Shown here: piece by piece, positions 15,908 through 25,402 of the stretch
How the letters are laid out: each line of letters starts with the position of its first letter
How positions within the stretch are numbered: position 1 is the first letter of the stretch
From: a virus
Taxonomy: Duplodnaviria > Caudoviricetes
Length of the DNA: 47,785 nt
Strand: one strand, 5' to 3'
IMG/VR virus record: IMGVR_UViG_3300037458_001078
Span: 1 to 47,785 of that record
Notes under the pieces: generated by a model
Told to the model about the DNA's origin: nothing
The model's input: the letters and a program-made list of their open reading frames with translations, nothing else
Database searches by the model: none
Made by a program: the position numbers and the translations under genes

Positions 15908-16342
15908 CTAGGGGAGCAGGTTCCTGCACGCGGCATGGGCGGTTTCCATGTCTGCGAAGTCCTCGCTAGAAAACCGAGCACCACAGACGCACAGGTAGTC
16001 CGTTCCGACATCCGCGAATTGCGGGTGGTTTGCCAACTTCTTAGCCGTGAACCACTCCGTTGGCCTTACCGGATCCAGTAACTCAGACTCCACCAGCAAC
16101 AGGTAGCGGCGGAGGTCTCGAAGGTCGTCCAGGATTCCCTCCTCCCGCTGGTCCCGTTTCGCAGCCTCGAAGATGTTGTAGCCCACCCGCGAGACCTGCT
16201 CTTCCAGTCGGTCCCACTTTCGAGCCAGCATCATGAAGGCTCCGACGCCGCCTCGTTTCTTCCAACTCCCGCCGTACTCTCTGTCTTTTTCCAGGAGCAC
16301 AGCAACGTCGTTTGCACAGATGTATTCAAGCTTCTCTTTCAT
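15908..16342 (-). CDS. Nucleotide-modification-associated domain (Nmad1-like) protein
   Basis: K..EYGGSWKKRGG.G..MMLARKWDRL...DL..Y; located in the modification cluster. Confidence 0.7.
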   Translation of the reverse strand: MKEKLEYICANDVAVLLEKDREYGGSWKKRGGVGAFMMLARKWDRLEEQVSRVGYNIFEAAKRDQREEGILDDLRDLRRYLLLVESELLDPVRPTEWFTAKKLANHPQFADVGTDYLCVCGARFSSEDFADMETAHAACRNLLP

Positions 16343-16568
16343 GTAGTTTTTGTTCTGCGTGTTTTATTTCTTCGGCTGTCAAGTCAACTGGCGCTCCCGT
16401 GTCCGCGAGAACCGCGTATTCCAGGGTAGCCGTTTCCCCCAGGATGGGATCCTGCAAGGCGCCAAACTTGTCGAGAGAACCACGTTCTGCGGGTTCCACG
16501 TAGAAGGTGGTTTCGACGGAAACGGTGACACCCTTCCGGACGATGGTGTGGTTTACCGTTCGAAGCAT
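16326..16568 (-). CDS. Hypothetical protein
   Basis: Tiled ORF overlapping both neighbours. Confidence 0.6.
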   Translation of the reverse strand: MLRTVNHTIVRKGVTVSVETTFYVEPAERGSLDKFGALQDPILGETATLEYAVLADTGAPVDLTAEEIKHAEQKLHEREA

Positions 16569-16849
16569 ACCTTGACAAAGAGCCAGACGGCCAGGTAGAG
16601 AAGGTTCACCGCCAGGACCCCAAACAACAGCCCGTAAAAGATAGCGGGCAGGTAGTCTGGGGTTGGCGGGACCGGGGCAGGGGAAGCCGATTTCCCGTCC
16701 TCCAGAGGTCCGCTGGACGGCTTTTGGGAGCCGGGGGAGGACTTGATCTTCACCGGGGGAACCGGACGCTTTGAATTAGCGGGCGGCGTTGCGGCGTTCC
16801 CCTGCGGGGAATCCCAGCCGCCTAGTCTTTGGTAATCTTTGTTAGTCAT
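16553..16849 (-). CDS. Small membrane protein containing a partial in-frame repeat A (16671-16747)
   Basis: C-terminal TM helix; [17 protein letters not shown]. Confidence 0.6.
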   Translation of the reverse strand: MTNKDYQRLGGWDSPQGNAATPPANSKRPVPPVKIKSSPGSQKPSSGPLEDGKSASPAPVPPTPDYLPAIFYGLLFGVLAVNLLYLAVWLFVKVCFER

Positions 16850-16949
16850 CGTGACAAGTGTTGTTCTGGCGGTCGCTCATCTTGATTTGTTATGTGGCCT
16901 CGATTTCACCTCGCCCAAGGCATCTGTCGCATCGGGACAGGCACGGCTT

Positions 16950-17453
16950 TCAAGCCTCACCCGCATCGCACACCTCCGTGACCAGGTGGCGGATTTCGGG
17001 GTCGAGCTGCTTCTCGTGCTTCTTGAACCAGTTCCGCAGGTTCTCCATGACCTCCTGCCCCAGCGGAACGGGCTGCTCGCTGGCCCAGTACAGAAGTTCT
17101 AGCTTGTCCACCTGTTCGACCAGCCAGAGTTCGGCCTGCGTGAGCGCATTCCGGAGGTTCCGAATTGGAATCCCCGCGCTCTCAAGCGCATGCTCCTGGG
17201 CGGACTTGTAGGCCACCCGAAGGTCCTCGTTGGCCCAACCGGCAGTGCAGGGAAGGTCGCCCACCCACCGTTCCCCGAAGTCGTGGAACAGGAGGTAGAT
17301 GATCACCTGCCGCCGAACGTTGGGCTGAATGGAGAGCAGCAACATCAACGCATCGAACGTGTGCTTTCCAACGCTGTAGCTTCCGACGTGAGGTTGCGTG
17401 TGGCAACGCTCCACATGGCTGCACCGACGAAACATCTTAATGGTTTGGTTCAT
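16950..17453 (-). CDS. HD-domain phosphohydrolase (YfbR-like 5'-deoxynucleotidase)
   Basis: V.R.H..SVGKH, HDFGE..VGDLP, DKLE. Confidence 0.85.
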   Translation of the reverse strand: MNQTIKMFRRCSHVERCHTQPHVGSYSVGKHTFDALMLLLSIQPNVRRQVIIYLLFHDFGERWVGDLPCTAGWANEDLRVAYKSAQEHALESAGIPIRNLRNALTQAELWLVEQVDKLELLYWASEQPVPLGQEVMENLRNWFKKHEKQLDPEIRHLVTEVCDAGEA

Positions 17454-18447
17454 AGGAGACTCCGTCATCTGAAGCTCGTTGTTGTTTCTTGAGACGTCGC
17501 TCGAGCCAGGCGACTCCTGCGGCAGCCCAGTCGGAGGCTGCGACCCGTGATCTACAGAACTCGATTGCGGCTTCCAGGCCGTGTGTTTTTCGCATCATGT
17601 AGGCCTCGTGCATTGGGTCTGCGATGTAGTGAAGAAACCACGCGGTTGGCGTTTCCGCCGACCCAGACAACCAGGTCTCAATCTGCTTTAACGGGAGATG
17701 CCCCAGCGGGCGGGTGACGACCTCCTCCAGAGCGTAGGGACAGGACGCCCCAATCTGGGCGGGAAGGACCTCCACCTGACTTAGGGTGTTCTTGTAGATG
17801 TGAAGGTTGTTTGTGAAGTGATAATACCGCCCCAGGGGGACAGACAGCTCGGTGGCAATCCACTCCATCAGCACAGAAAAGTGCACGCAGTTCGCACCGA
17901 GGGCACCCCAAACCAGGTCGTTACTCCGATTGCACACCGTCATGTCGAGCTGACCCTCATGGTTGAGCGCGAAATAGACATGGGTGTTGCAGGGGAGGTC
18001 TTTTGACTGCTGGTGGAGGAGGTCTTCTCGCGGGTCCCACATGCCAAGAACGGCGCGACGGCTGTCCTTGTCTCTTCCCAAGACCTCGACGATCTCGGCT
18101 AACTGGTCCACCCCGAAGTGGCGCCGCCACCGGTTCCCGTAGGCAGCGTTGAACCGAATGCCGTCGTCCGAAAATGACGCCATCCGAGCAACGTATTGCG
18201 TGAGGGAGGCCACATCGTTTTTACCAGCCAGCATCCACAGGGATTCGTAGAGGTGGAAGAACGGGTTGGCATCCCGCTCCGGCCAAAACACCACACGCTC
18301 CCACGGGTTGGTGTATTGCAACAGCACCGGCCCAGGGAGCTGAAGGACATCCCCGTTCCTGGATGGGCGCTCCACGCCGCACTTGAGAACGTGGTTCACC
18401 GCGATGGGCAGCATCTCGTGAGGATTTCTTGCAGTAAGTAAGGTCAT
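17437..18447 (-). CDS. Thymidylate-synthase-family dUMP hydroxymethylase
   Basis: DLPCN catalytic Cys; NRSND..WG..GAN with the dUMP-type Asn; NNLHIY; adjacent to 5-hmdU DNA kinase. Confidence 0.85.
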   Translation of the reverse strand: MTLLTARNPHEMLPIAVNHVLKCGVERPSRNGDVLQLPGPVLLQYTNPWERVVFWPERDANPFFHLYESLWMLAGKNDVASLTQYVARMASFSDDGIRFNAAYGNRWRRHFGVDQLAEIVEVLGRDKDSRRAVLGMWDPREDLLHQQSKDLPCNTHVYFALNHEGQLDMTVCNRSNDLVWGALGANCVHFSVLMEWIATELSVPLGRYYHFTNNLHIYKNTLSQVEVLPAQIGASCPYALEEVVTRPLGHLPLKQIETWLSGSAETPTAWFLHYIADPMHEAYMMRKTHGLEAAIEFCRSRVAASDWAAAGVAWLERRLKKQQRASDDGVSYEPNH

Positions 18448-19313
18448 GTTGCAGGCTTGAAGACTTGTTTTGGGCGACCTTCGCCCAGACGGACACGTTC
18501 GTATTTGTCAAACTCGCAGAGCGTGTGCTCCACGGTTCGCATATCCCAGATCGGCCACTCTGCAGGCCAGGCATCCTCGGAACAAAAGCTCGCGTCCAGG
18601 ATATGCCGCATGTGCTCGCACATGGCTGCCTGTTGGGTGGGAGAATTGCGAAACCTTCCGAGCTTACCGTCCAGGACTCGGCTAAGTCCACGGGCAGCGC
18701 CAGGACCGGCGTTCGCCCAGGTCATCTTGTCCTCGTAAGGGAACAGGTAACTCAGGTCCGTGACCACCTCGTAGCTCATGAACGACCCAATGTAGGGAAA
18801 GGTGCACAGCCACTGATGTTGGTCCTGCAGCCGTTCGTAATGGCGGTAGCCTTCTTGGCGCGACCACTTTTGGAGCGGGTGGAGGATCTGGTCCAGTCCC
18901 TTGATCTTGTTGACACCGAACGGGGTTCGGATCATGTAGGCTCCGGTAACCACCTTGCCGCCCTGCTGGCGCACGGTAGTCAGCGCACGCTTCATGGCGC
19001 GACTATCCCACCCGTCGTTGAGCAGGATGTCCTTGACGGCCGACAGGGTATCGATCCGGTTGATGAACCGTGCAGCTACCGTGATCGGGAGCAGCCTCCA
19101 GTCCACAACGGCGTCGTCGTCAGGCACCAACGGCTTCAGCAGGTTTTGCAGAATCCACTGGGTAACCTTGTCATCGGTGCGGAACACGTTACAGAACCGG
19201 TACTTCTTAAGGATCGGATCTGGCGTCCAGGGGAAGGGTTTTCCCTCAAGTCGCAGCAGGTAAACCCGGTAGCGTTCCCGTGCGTAGGCAAAGAAATCGG
19301 CAAGGTGTTTCAT
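18444..19313 (-). CDS. 5-hmdU DNA kinase (aGPT-Pplase1 / 5-HMUDK)
   Basis: ER..Y..R..G...PWT.DPIL..YRFCNV.R.DD; GPGAARGL; EHTLCEFDKYER. Confidence 0.88.
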   Translation of the reverse strand: MKHLADFFAYARERYRVYLLRLEGKPFPWTPDPILKKYRFCNVFRTDDKVTQWILQNLLKPLVPDDDAVVDWRLLPITVAARFINRIDTLSAVKDILLNDGWDSRAMKRALTTVRQQGGKVVTGAYMIRTPFGVNKIKGLDQILHPLQKWSRQEGYRHYERLQDQHQWLCTFPYIGSFMSYEVVTDLSYLFPYEDKMTWANAGPGAARGLSRVLDGKLGRFRNSPTQQAAMCEHMRHILDASFCSEDAWPAEWPIWDMRTVEHTLCEFDKYERVRLGEGRPKQVFKPAT

Positions 19314-19873
19314 AGGCCGAGCAGTTCTTTGACCTTCGCCAGCGCCTCTTCCCGACTCAGGCTATAGCGCACCACGCCAGGAGCCTCGTTCTGCAGACGC
19401 ACCATAGTGCGCGTCACCTGCCCATACTTACCTCGGGTGTTCTCGGGGTCAACGGGCGTCTCCACGCCACGCGCCTTGCGGCGCAGATTGATGCTGTCCA
19501 CGCAGACGTCAATCGGAGTGGTCAGGGCAATGACATGGGTCTCCCCCACCTCGGGGAGCTTGGCCGTGCGGGAAACCTCAACGCCAATCAGCAGACCCTC
19601 AAACAGCACGTCCCCCTCCTGGGCATGGTGGCGAACCATGTCGAAGATTCCAGTGGTGCCCGTGCTGATGGTGTCCGTGCCGCCACAAGCCGTCTCGTAA
19701 TGGCCGATCACAAATAGAGGCTTCTTCCCAGGAGCGGAGAGCTTGTAGCACAGGGGTCGTTTCCGACCCGGCATGAAGATCGCAGTGCATTCCGGGTAAC
19801 AGTCCATGACGGCACGGACTAGGGTGCTTTTACCGGACCCTGAGGTGCCGCGAATGTTGATGATTTTGTTCAT
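19310..19873 (-). CDS. P-loop kinase associated with thymidine hypermodification
   Basis: IRGTSGSGKST, GHY...CGGTD, LFEG. Confidence 0.8.
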   Translation of the reverse strand: MNKIINIRGTSGSGKSTLVRAVMDCYPECTAIFMPGRKRPLCYKLSAPGKKPLFVIGHYETACGGTDTISTGTTGIFDMVRHHAQEGDVLFEGLLIGVEVSRTAKLPEVGETHVIALTTPIDVCVDSINLRRKARGVETPVDPENTRGKYGQVTRTMVRLQNEAPGVVRYSLSREEALAKVKELLGL

Positions 19874-20100
19874 AGCTTTGTTATTGTTTCGTGTGTGATG
19901 TTTAGGACCAGACGAAAGTCGGAGAGACGCACACCAGATAGGGCTATGGTCGCACCAACCTTCAAAAGAACTTCCCCTTCCGTAACGCTTTCTACCAGCC
20001 GCACCGCCTTGGAGACCCCGTCCATGAAGACCAGGTTGCCGTTGAGTTCCGCTGCCTTCGCAGCGGCGCGACGCAAAAGTAGAATCTCAGGCCTAACCAC
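19870..20100 (-). CDS. Hypothetical protein
   Basis: Coupled ORF within the modification operon. Confidence 0.6.
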   Translation of the reverse strand: MVRPEILLLRRAAAKAAELNGNLVFMDGVSKAVRLVESVTEGEVLLKVGATIALSGVRLSDFRLVLNITHETITKL

Positions 20101-21823
20101 GGTTGATGACCTCCATCATAAAGGACTTCAACGAGTGGCGACCCTGGAGCACCGCGTCAACCGCCCGGTAGGCTTCCCGAAGGCTCACTTTATTCTGCAG
20201 CGCATACAGCAGCACGCAGAAATACACAGATCGGGTTCGGCCTGCCTCGCACAAGACCAGCACCCGGCTGCCCGGGATCGTCGCTAGGTGGTTAACCACA
20301 AAGTGCGCGAGCTGTTGGATGTCCGGCTCCAGCATACCACGTGAATCGGGTCGCGGGATATAGTGGTAGGTCACGCCCCAGCATTCCGAGAAATCATGGT
20401 CAAGTTTCGACCAGAAGTTCACCACCATGGTAATGCCGTGGCGTTGAAAGAATTCGCGTTTATCCTCGAGAGACCAGCTGAGGATCTGGCCACGCTGCAG
20501 GATAGTCGGGGTGATTACGTTCACCCCGCCGCGACGAGCCGGTTTCCCGTCCTCCAGAGGTCCGCTGGACGGCTTTTGGGAGCCGGGGGAGGAGTTGACC
20601 TCCGCTGGGTTCCCGGACGGTCCTGGAGGGGTTCCAGGGCTCCCGGACGCCGGTTTCGGGCCCACCGGGGCAGGGGAAGCCGGTTTCCCGTCCTCCAGAG
20701 GTCCGCTGGACGGCTTTTGGGAGCCGGGGGAGGAGTTGACCTCCGCTGGGTTCCCGGACGCATCGTTACGGGGAACCGGGTTGGCCCAACAGTTCTGACT
20801 GAGGGTCATGTTGTAGTCATACAGCAGGTCCGACCACACATAGCCATGGTCGCGCAACAGCGGGGTTAGATCCCAGCGCGTACCACACCAACGGTCCTGG
20901 TGTTCGCCCAGAACGGGGGCGGGAAACAGACTGGCCCGAGCCTTCCAGAAGTCAGCCTCGGAGAAGTCTGAATTCGCCAACAAGGGTGCCGTCTTCTTCA
21001 ACAGCAACGGCTCCTGGTCGATAGTCCATCCCACATACTGCCGGCGGTCCTCAAACGCATCACGGTATTCACAGAGCATGGCTGCGAAGATGTAGAAGGT
21101 GCACCCTGGCACCTCCGCAGCAATCCGACGCGCCATCTCAGAGGCCAGCTCGTTCGTTCGCTCCGACGCATCCCGTGTATCCGTGAGGTAGGTGTCCGCG
21201 TTGGCTGGGTCCAGATACACCAGACACTTTCTCGGAGACCACGCACCCATGGCGCGGATGTCATACAGCTCTGCGGGAATGCCCACAAAACGGCGGAGTC
21301 CTTCGACCACCCGGATGCTGATGTACCGACCAAAGAACTGCACAGCGGTCACTTCCTCCCACACGGCATCGTAGTAGGCGGTTCGGCTTTTGTCCCGAGG
21401 CAGCTCTCGGATTCGCTGGTATCCGTTCCGCAGGAAGTCCACGTAGGAACGCAGGCAGGTCACGTAGTTCTCCACAGAACGCACACAGCGGCGTTCTCGG
21501 CGGGTGCCCGCCAGGATGCCCGGCCAGTTCTTCCGCACCCAGGCTTCCATGGGGGCGAAGTCCTGCAACACCGCCTCGGCAGAGAACTTGCTCCAGCAGG
21601 CAGCCCCAACCGCAAATGCGTAGGGGATCGCGTAGCACCCAATCCGCCACACCGTCTCCAGCTCGGAGCAGTTGTCAGATTTGGCAACGTGGCCCACCAT
21701 CTGCAGGTGTGGACTGGGCTCGGACACCTGGAGCTTCTTGCGGGTGAAGTCAACGAACTTCTCCCAGTGCCATTCCGCGGGGTGCTCCGAAATCCCGTCG
21801 GGGAGTGTGTGGTGCTCAGGCAT
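20093..21823 (-). CDS. aGPT-Pplase2/amino acid:DNA transferase-like domain fused to a DSP/PTP-type phosphatase via a repeat-A linker
   Basis: RRERR, FFGRY, LCEY..YVG motifs of the HhH-glycosylase-like transferase; C-terminal [12 protein letters not shown] (CX5R). Confidence 0.7.
   Translation of the reverse strand: MPEHHTLPDGISEHPAEWHWEKFVDFTRKKLQVSEPSPHLQMVGHVAKSDNCSELETVWRIGCYAIPYAFAVGAACWSKFSAEAVLQDFAPMEAWVRKNWPGILAGTRRERRCVRSVENYVTCLRSYVDFLRNGYQRIRELPRDKSRTAYYDAVWEEVTAVQFFGRYISIRVVEGLRRFVGIPAELYDIRAMGAWSPRKCLVYLDPANADTYLTDTRDASERTNELASEMARRIAAEVPGCTFYIFAAMLCEYRDAFEDRRQYVGWTIDQEPLLLKKTAPLLANSDFSEADFWKARASLFPAPVLGEHQDRWCGTRWDLTPLLRDHGYVWSDLLYDYNMTLSQNCWANPVPRNDASGNPAEVNSSPGSQKPSSGPLEDGKPASPAPVGPKPASGSPGTPPGPSGNPAEVNSSPGSQKPSSGPLEDGKPARRGGVNVITPTILQRGQILSWSLEDKREFFQRHGITMVVNFWSKLDHDFSECWGVTYHYIPRPDSRGMLEPDIQQLAHFVVNHLATIPGSRVLVLCEAGRTRSVYFCVLLYALQNKVSLREAYRAVDAVLQGRHSLKSFMMEVINRG
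20539..20760. repeat. Two tandem in-frame copies of repeat A (141-nt period)
   Basis: [26 protein letters not shown] occurs twice in the protein. Confidence 0.95.
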
Positions 21824-22898
21824 TGTCTTGGATGAAGTTCTCAACCGCCAGGCGACACTCGCTGTCACGAAACTGCTGTGGCGGTGTCTTAAAGAAGTAA
21901 CTGCTGGGCCCCGTGATGGCACCGGAAAGTCCCCGGTCCAGGGCCAGTTTGGCGCAACGGATGGCGTCAATCACCACCCCGGCGCTGTTTGGGCTGTCCC
22001 ACACCTCTAGGTGGGCAGTCACCAAGAGTGGCACATTCCCAAATGTGGTACCCTCAATTCGGATCTCGCAGAACTTGCGATCCCGCAGAAACGGAATGTG
22101 GTCGGAGGGACCCACATGGACATTCTCCTCCGGAACTGGGTAGGGGAGCATGCTGGTCACCGCCCCGGTCTTACTGACCTTCTTGGACTCCAGACGTTCC
22201 CGCTCCAGCATGTTGAGGAAGTCCGTGTTGCCGCCGAAATTGAGCTGGTAGGTGCGATCTACGCGCACCCCACGGTCGGCGAAAAGTGTGGCCAGCGTAC
22301 GGTGCACAATAGTGGCGCCAACCTGGGACTTGATATCATCGCCCAGGACGGGGACGCTGGCTTGCGAAAACCGTTTCTGCCAGTACGGGCTGCTGGCGAT
22401 AAACACCGGGATGCAGTTGACCAGCGCGCATTCCGCAGCCAGGATCTGCTCCACATACCACTTGGTGGCCATCTCGCTCCCGACGGGCAGATAGTTGACC
22501 ACCACGTCCACATGGTGGTCTCGGAGAGCCTGCGTGATGTCTGCGGTTTCCCCCGGTGCGATGGGGATCAACGGCTCGCAATACTTCCCGACTCCATCGT
22601 GGCGCATGCCCCGGATCACGGGTGCGCCCAGGAGGGGCACGTTGGGCTCAAAGACCAGCGTGTTGTTGGGCTGTGCGAAGATGGCCTCGCTGACATCTCG
22701 CCCGACCTTGCGGCCGTCAATGTCAATGCCGAGCACCACCTCGATGTCCTGGATGGCGTAGCCACCGAGAACGTTGTGCATCAAACCGGGGACGCGTTCG
22801 TCCTTCTCGGTAATGTCCTTGTAGAAGGTCAGGCCTTGCACAAGGGAGGAGGCACAATTCCCAACCCCGAGAATTGCGAGCCGAAGTTTCTTTTTCAT
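21816..22898 (-). CDS. ino1: myo-inositol-1-phosphate synthase
   Basis: [67 protein letters not shown]. Confidence 0.95.
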   Translation of the reverse strand: MKKKLRLAILGVGNCASSLVQGLTFYKDITEKDERVPGLMHNVLGGYAIQDIEVVLGIDIDGRKVGRDVSEAIFAQPNNTLVFEPNVPLLGAPVIRGMRHDGVGKYCEPLIPIAPGETADITQALRDHHVDVVVNYLPVGSEMATKWYVEQILAAECALVNCIPVFIASSPYWQKRFSQASVPVLGDDIKSQVGATIVHRTLATLFADRGVRVDRTYQLNFGGNTDFLNMLERERLESKKVSKTGAVTSMLPYPVPEENVHVGPSDHIPFLRDRKFCEIRIEGTTFGNVPLLVTAHLEVWDSPNSAGVVIDAIRCAKLALDRGLSGAITGPSSYFFKTPPQQFRDSECRLAVENFIQDNA

Positions 22899-22934
22899 AG
22901 ACGTGTGATTTTGGTTGCTGTTGTGTTCGTAAAC

Positions 22935-23414
22935 TCAGTCCACAAAGGCGAAGATTTTGTCGCCGTCTTGGCGCAGGCCGTAGCCGTGCCAGGAGTTGCT
23001 GTTGAGGATGTGGTGGCGGAGCTTCTCCGCGTATTCAGGCACCTCCTTCTTGAGCTCCTCGAGGGTGGCTCCCTTCAGCATCGCCGTGATCAGACGCCCA
23101 CGCGGGCTAGTGGTGCGAAACGGGCGCTGCGTGGCCAGCGGCTTGCGGTTGAAGATATTGGCCTCCTTCTCAGCCTTCTCGGCCTTGCTCTCGGCCTTGC
23201 TCTCGGCCTTGCTCTCGGCCTTGCTCTCGGCCTTGCTCTCGGCCTTGCTCTCTGCGATCTTCTTCGCAGTCTCCTGAGCCTGAAGGATGCGCTTGATGGC
23301 GACGTCCTTGGAGGGGAACTTCTTGACGGTCTCACCGGTGAGGTCGTTGTAGATGGCGGTCAACTCCGCACCGGTCTTTTGGAAGAGGTCCGCCGCACTG
23401 TAGGTCGTATTCAT
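22935..23414 (-). CDS. Lys/Ala/Glu-rich putative DNA-binding protein
   Basis: Start MNTTYS at 23414; (AESK)6 linker between two small domains. Confidence 0.7.
   Translation of the reverse strand: MNTTYSAADLFQKTGAELTAIYNDLTGETVKKFPSKDVAIKRILQAQETAKKIAESKAESKAESKAESKAESKAESKAEKAEKEANIFNRKPLATQRPFRTTSPRGRLITAMLKGATLEELKKEVPEYAEKLRHHILNSNSWHGYGLRQDGDKIFAFVD
23181..23252. repeat. 12-bp tandem repeat x6 (GGCCTTGCTCTC) encoding AESK
   Basis: Direct reading. Confidence 0.95.
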
Positions 23415-23514
23415 AGTCGTGATCTTGATTTTGTTTGTTTCTTTTCGGGCGTCGTTACCCGCCACGCCCGGTTCGGGTCGGCCGAACCGGGCGACGCGGA
23501 TCACGAATTCTGAC

Positions 23515-23703
23515 TCAGGTATTTGGAGAACGCGGCACGAATGCTTTTGCCGTCACGGGTCTCCTTCGTGGCGAGGAGGTAGGCCTCCTTAACACGCGAA
23601 CTGGCGCTGTGCAGGGACAGCCGTCGGAGTGGACGAGGGTGGTGTTGAGAAGGGATGCTGTCGGGGGGAGGGCGCGATGAGTAAGGATTTCAGGCGTTTT
23701 CAT
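23515..23703 (-). CDS. Small basic protein
   Basis: ATG from promoter cassette 6. Confidence 0.55.
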   Translation of the reverse strand: MKTPEILTHRALPPTASLLNTTLVHSDGCPCTAPVRVLRRPTSSPRRRPVTAKAFVPRSPNT

Positions 23704-23813
23704 TTTCAATATTCTAGTTTTTGGTTTTTCGTTTCGCAGTCCCCGGTCATCGGGAACGGGGATACTATGGCTGAGACCGGGAGAAAGGTAAAGTATTATT
23801 TTCAACTATTTTT
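23701..23813 (-). promoter_or_regulatory. Promoter-leader cassette copy 6 (heads the ino1/modification operon)
   Basis: Near-identical to 409-519. Confidence 0.8.
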
Positions 23814-24041
23814 GGGTGGCCTAATCTTCTTGTCAGGCGAGGCAATTCTCAGCGCCGCATTCAGAAGGGTTGCCGCAACCTCCGCAGAATACTCGTTGTT
23901 CGTGTCGGAGTGGAGAATGCTTTGGCATTCCGCATGCAGGAGCTGCCGCTGCTCCGCCGATAGCCTGCCTACGATTCGCAGGGCTTCGGGAAGTAGGGTT
24001 GTTCGTGCGAGGTGTTTTAGGTGGCTGATCGCGGGGCTCAT
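23802..24041 (-). CDS. Hypothetical protein
   Basis: ATGA-coupled to the helicase stop. Confidence 0.6.
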   Translation of the reverse strand: MSPAISHLKHLARTTLLPEALRIVGRLSAEQRQLLHAECQSILHSDTNNEYSAEVAATLLNAALRIASPDKKIRPPKNS

Positions 24042-25402
24042 TGTTGAATAATAGTTAGCTGTTTTGAGGCTCGTGTGATGGCTGTGTAAAGCCATGAATT
24101 TGCGGCCACTCCGAACGAGGCGCTTTCGTCCACCACCAGAACCCGTTCCCACTGGCTACCCTGGGACTTGTGGCAGGTTAGTGCGTAGCCGTAGTCAAAC
24201 GATTCTAGCTTTCCGGCGCTCCACCAGGGCGCCTCCTGGCCCAGAAAGGGGTGGGCGCTGGCCGTGCATGTGACCGGCTGTCCCTCGTCCGAGTTGAGGC
24301 TCAGAAACACCTCCGATTCTGTGTGGCTGGTGGACTCCACCACCGTGAACAATTCCCCGTTGAGGATGCCAAGTTTGTGGTTGTTGCGAAGACACACCAA
24401 CCGCTCGCCACTCTGGGGGAGGGGCGTGGTGTGCCCAAGGACGTAGTGGCGAAACGATGCGTTAATCTTCTGACGTGTCGCATTCCGGCCAACAATGATC
24501 TGGTCCGCCTTCTCCGCATAGGGTCGCAGCCGTGTTCCCTTATGGAGCACCTCGCTCGCGCCGTAACGCCCCGGCGAAAGTGGGGATCCACTACGCACCG
24601 CTGTGGCTAACTGAACGATCGGGTTGTCCTCCGCCTGGCGGTGAATCTGCGTTAACATGAAGTCGGGTTGTGCATCTGTGAAAAAGCCACCTCCGCGAAC
24701 AGGCGGCAATTGCGCCGGGTCGCCCAGCGCGATCACGGGCACCCCGAATAAAAGTAGGTCGTGGCCCATTTGAGCGTCTACCATCGAACACTCGTCAATT
24801 ACCACTAGCGCCGCATCCCGTACTGGGCTGTCCGGGTTCAGGTGGAAGCACGGCTTGGACACCCGTTTCCCCTCCTCATGGATCAACCGCTGTAGCTGGG
24901 CCACACGGACGGGGTCCGGAGAAGGTTCCTGTAGCAGCTGGGTCAACTGACCCTCCAATTCCTGTAGGGTTTTGTGACATCGCCCAGAGGGGACGTAGAT
25001 CAGCCGGTGTAGTGTGGTCGCACCGGGGCACCCGTGCTGGCGCATGACGAGGGCTGCCTTACCCGTGTAGGCCGCAAACCACACAGGGCCATCCACCGCC
25101 TCGGCGAATTCTCGAGCCAGGGTGGTCTTGCCAGTACCAGCGTACCCAAAGAGGCGGAACACCGGGCAGTCCTTTTTGCGAAACCAGTTGTGAACCTGCG
25201 TCAACGCCGCCTCCTGCTGGGCAGTTCGCTGGACCCTGCTGCGAGGAGCCGGTTTTTCGTCCTCCCGGGGTCCGCTGGACGGCTTTTGGGAGCCGGGGGA
25301 GGAGTTTCTCTCCGCCGGGTTCCCGGACGGTCCAGACGGTCCAGGAGAACCTCGGGAGGGGGAGCCCTCCCGAGGTTGTGTTACTTTTGGCAGATGGATC
25401 AC
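24038..25402 (-). CDS. RecD/Dda-like SF1B helicase with N-terminal in-frame repeat A
   Basis: GYAGTGKTT, IDECSMV, GDPAQLPPV, YALTCHKSQGSQW. Confidence 0.9.
   Translation of the reverse strand: MIHLPKVTQPREGSPSRGSPGPSGPSGNPAERNSSPGSQKPSSGPREDEKPAPRSRVQRTAQQEAALTQVHNWFRKKDCPVFRLFGYAGTGKTTLAREFAEAVDGPVWFAAYTGKAALVMRQHGCPGATTLHRLIYVPSGRCHKTLQELEGQLTQLLQEPSPDPVRVAQLQRLIHEEGKRVSKPCFHLNPDSPVRDAALVVIDECSMVDAQMGHDLLLFGVPVIALGDPAQLPPVRGGGFFTDAQPDFMLTQIHRQAEDNPIVQLATAVRSGSPLSPGRYGASEVLHKGTRLRPYAEKADQIIVGRNATRQKINASFRHYVLGHTTPLPQSGERLVCLRNNHKLGILNGELFTVVESTSHTESEVFLSLNSDEGQPVTCTASAHPFLGQEAPWWSAGKLESFDYGYALTCHKSQGSQWERVLVVDESASFGVAANSWLYTAITRASKQLTIIQQ
25249..25345. repeat. Repeat A, in frame in the helicase N-terminus
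   Basis: [27 protein letters not shown]. Confidence 0.9.

Noticed and set aside
17437-18447. Ordinary ThyA or dCMP hydroxymethylase
   Set aside because: Asn at the specificity position argues for dUMP, and adjacency to a 5-hmdU DNA kinase favours hydroxymethylase over ThyA (inference, not proven)
23465-23493. Additional attC site (contains GTTCGG and CCGAAC)
   Set aside because: Too short, no L boxes, and the boxes are in the wrong order
22011-23513. 500-aa plus-strand ORF
   Set aside because: Antisense shadow of ino1 and the AESK gene; no motifs
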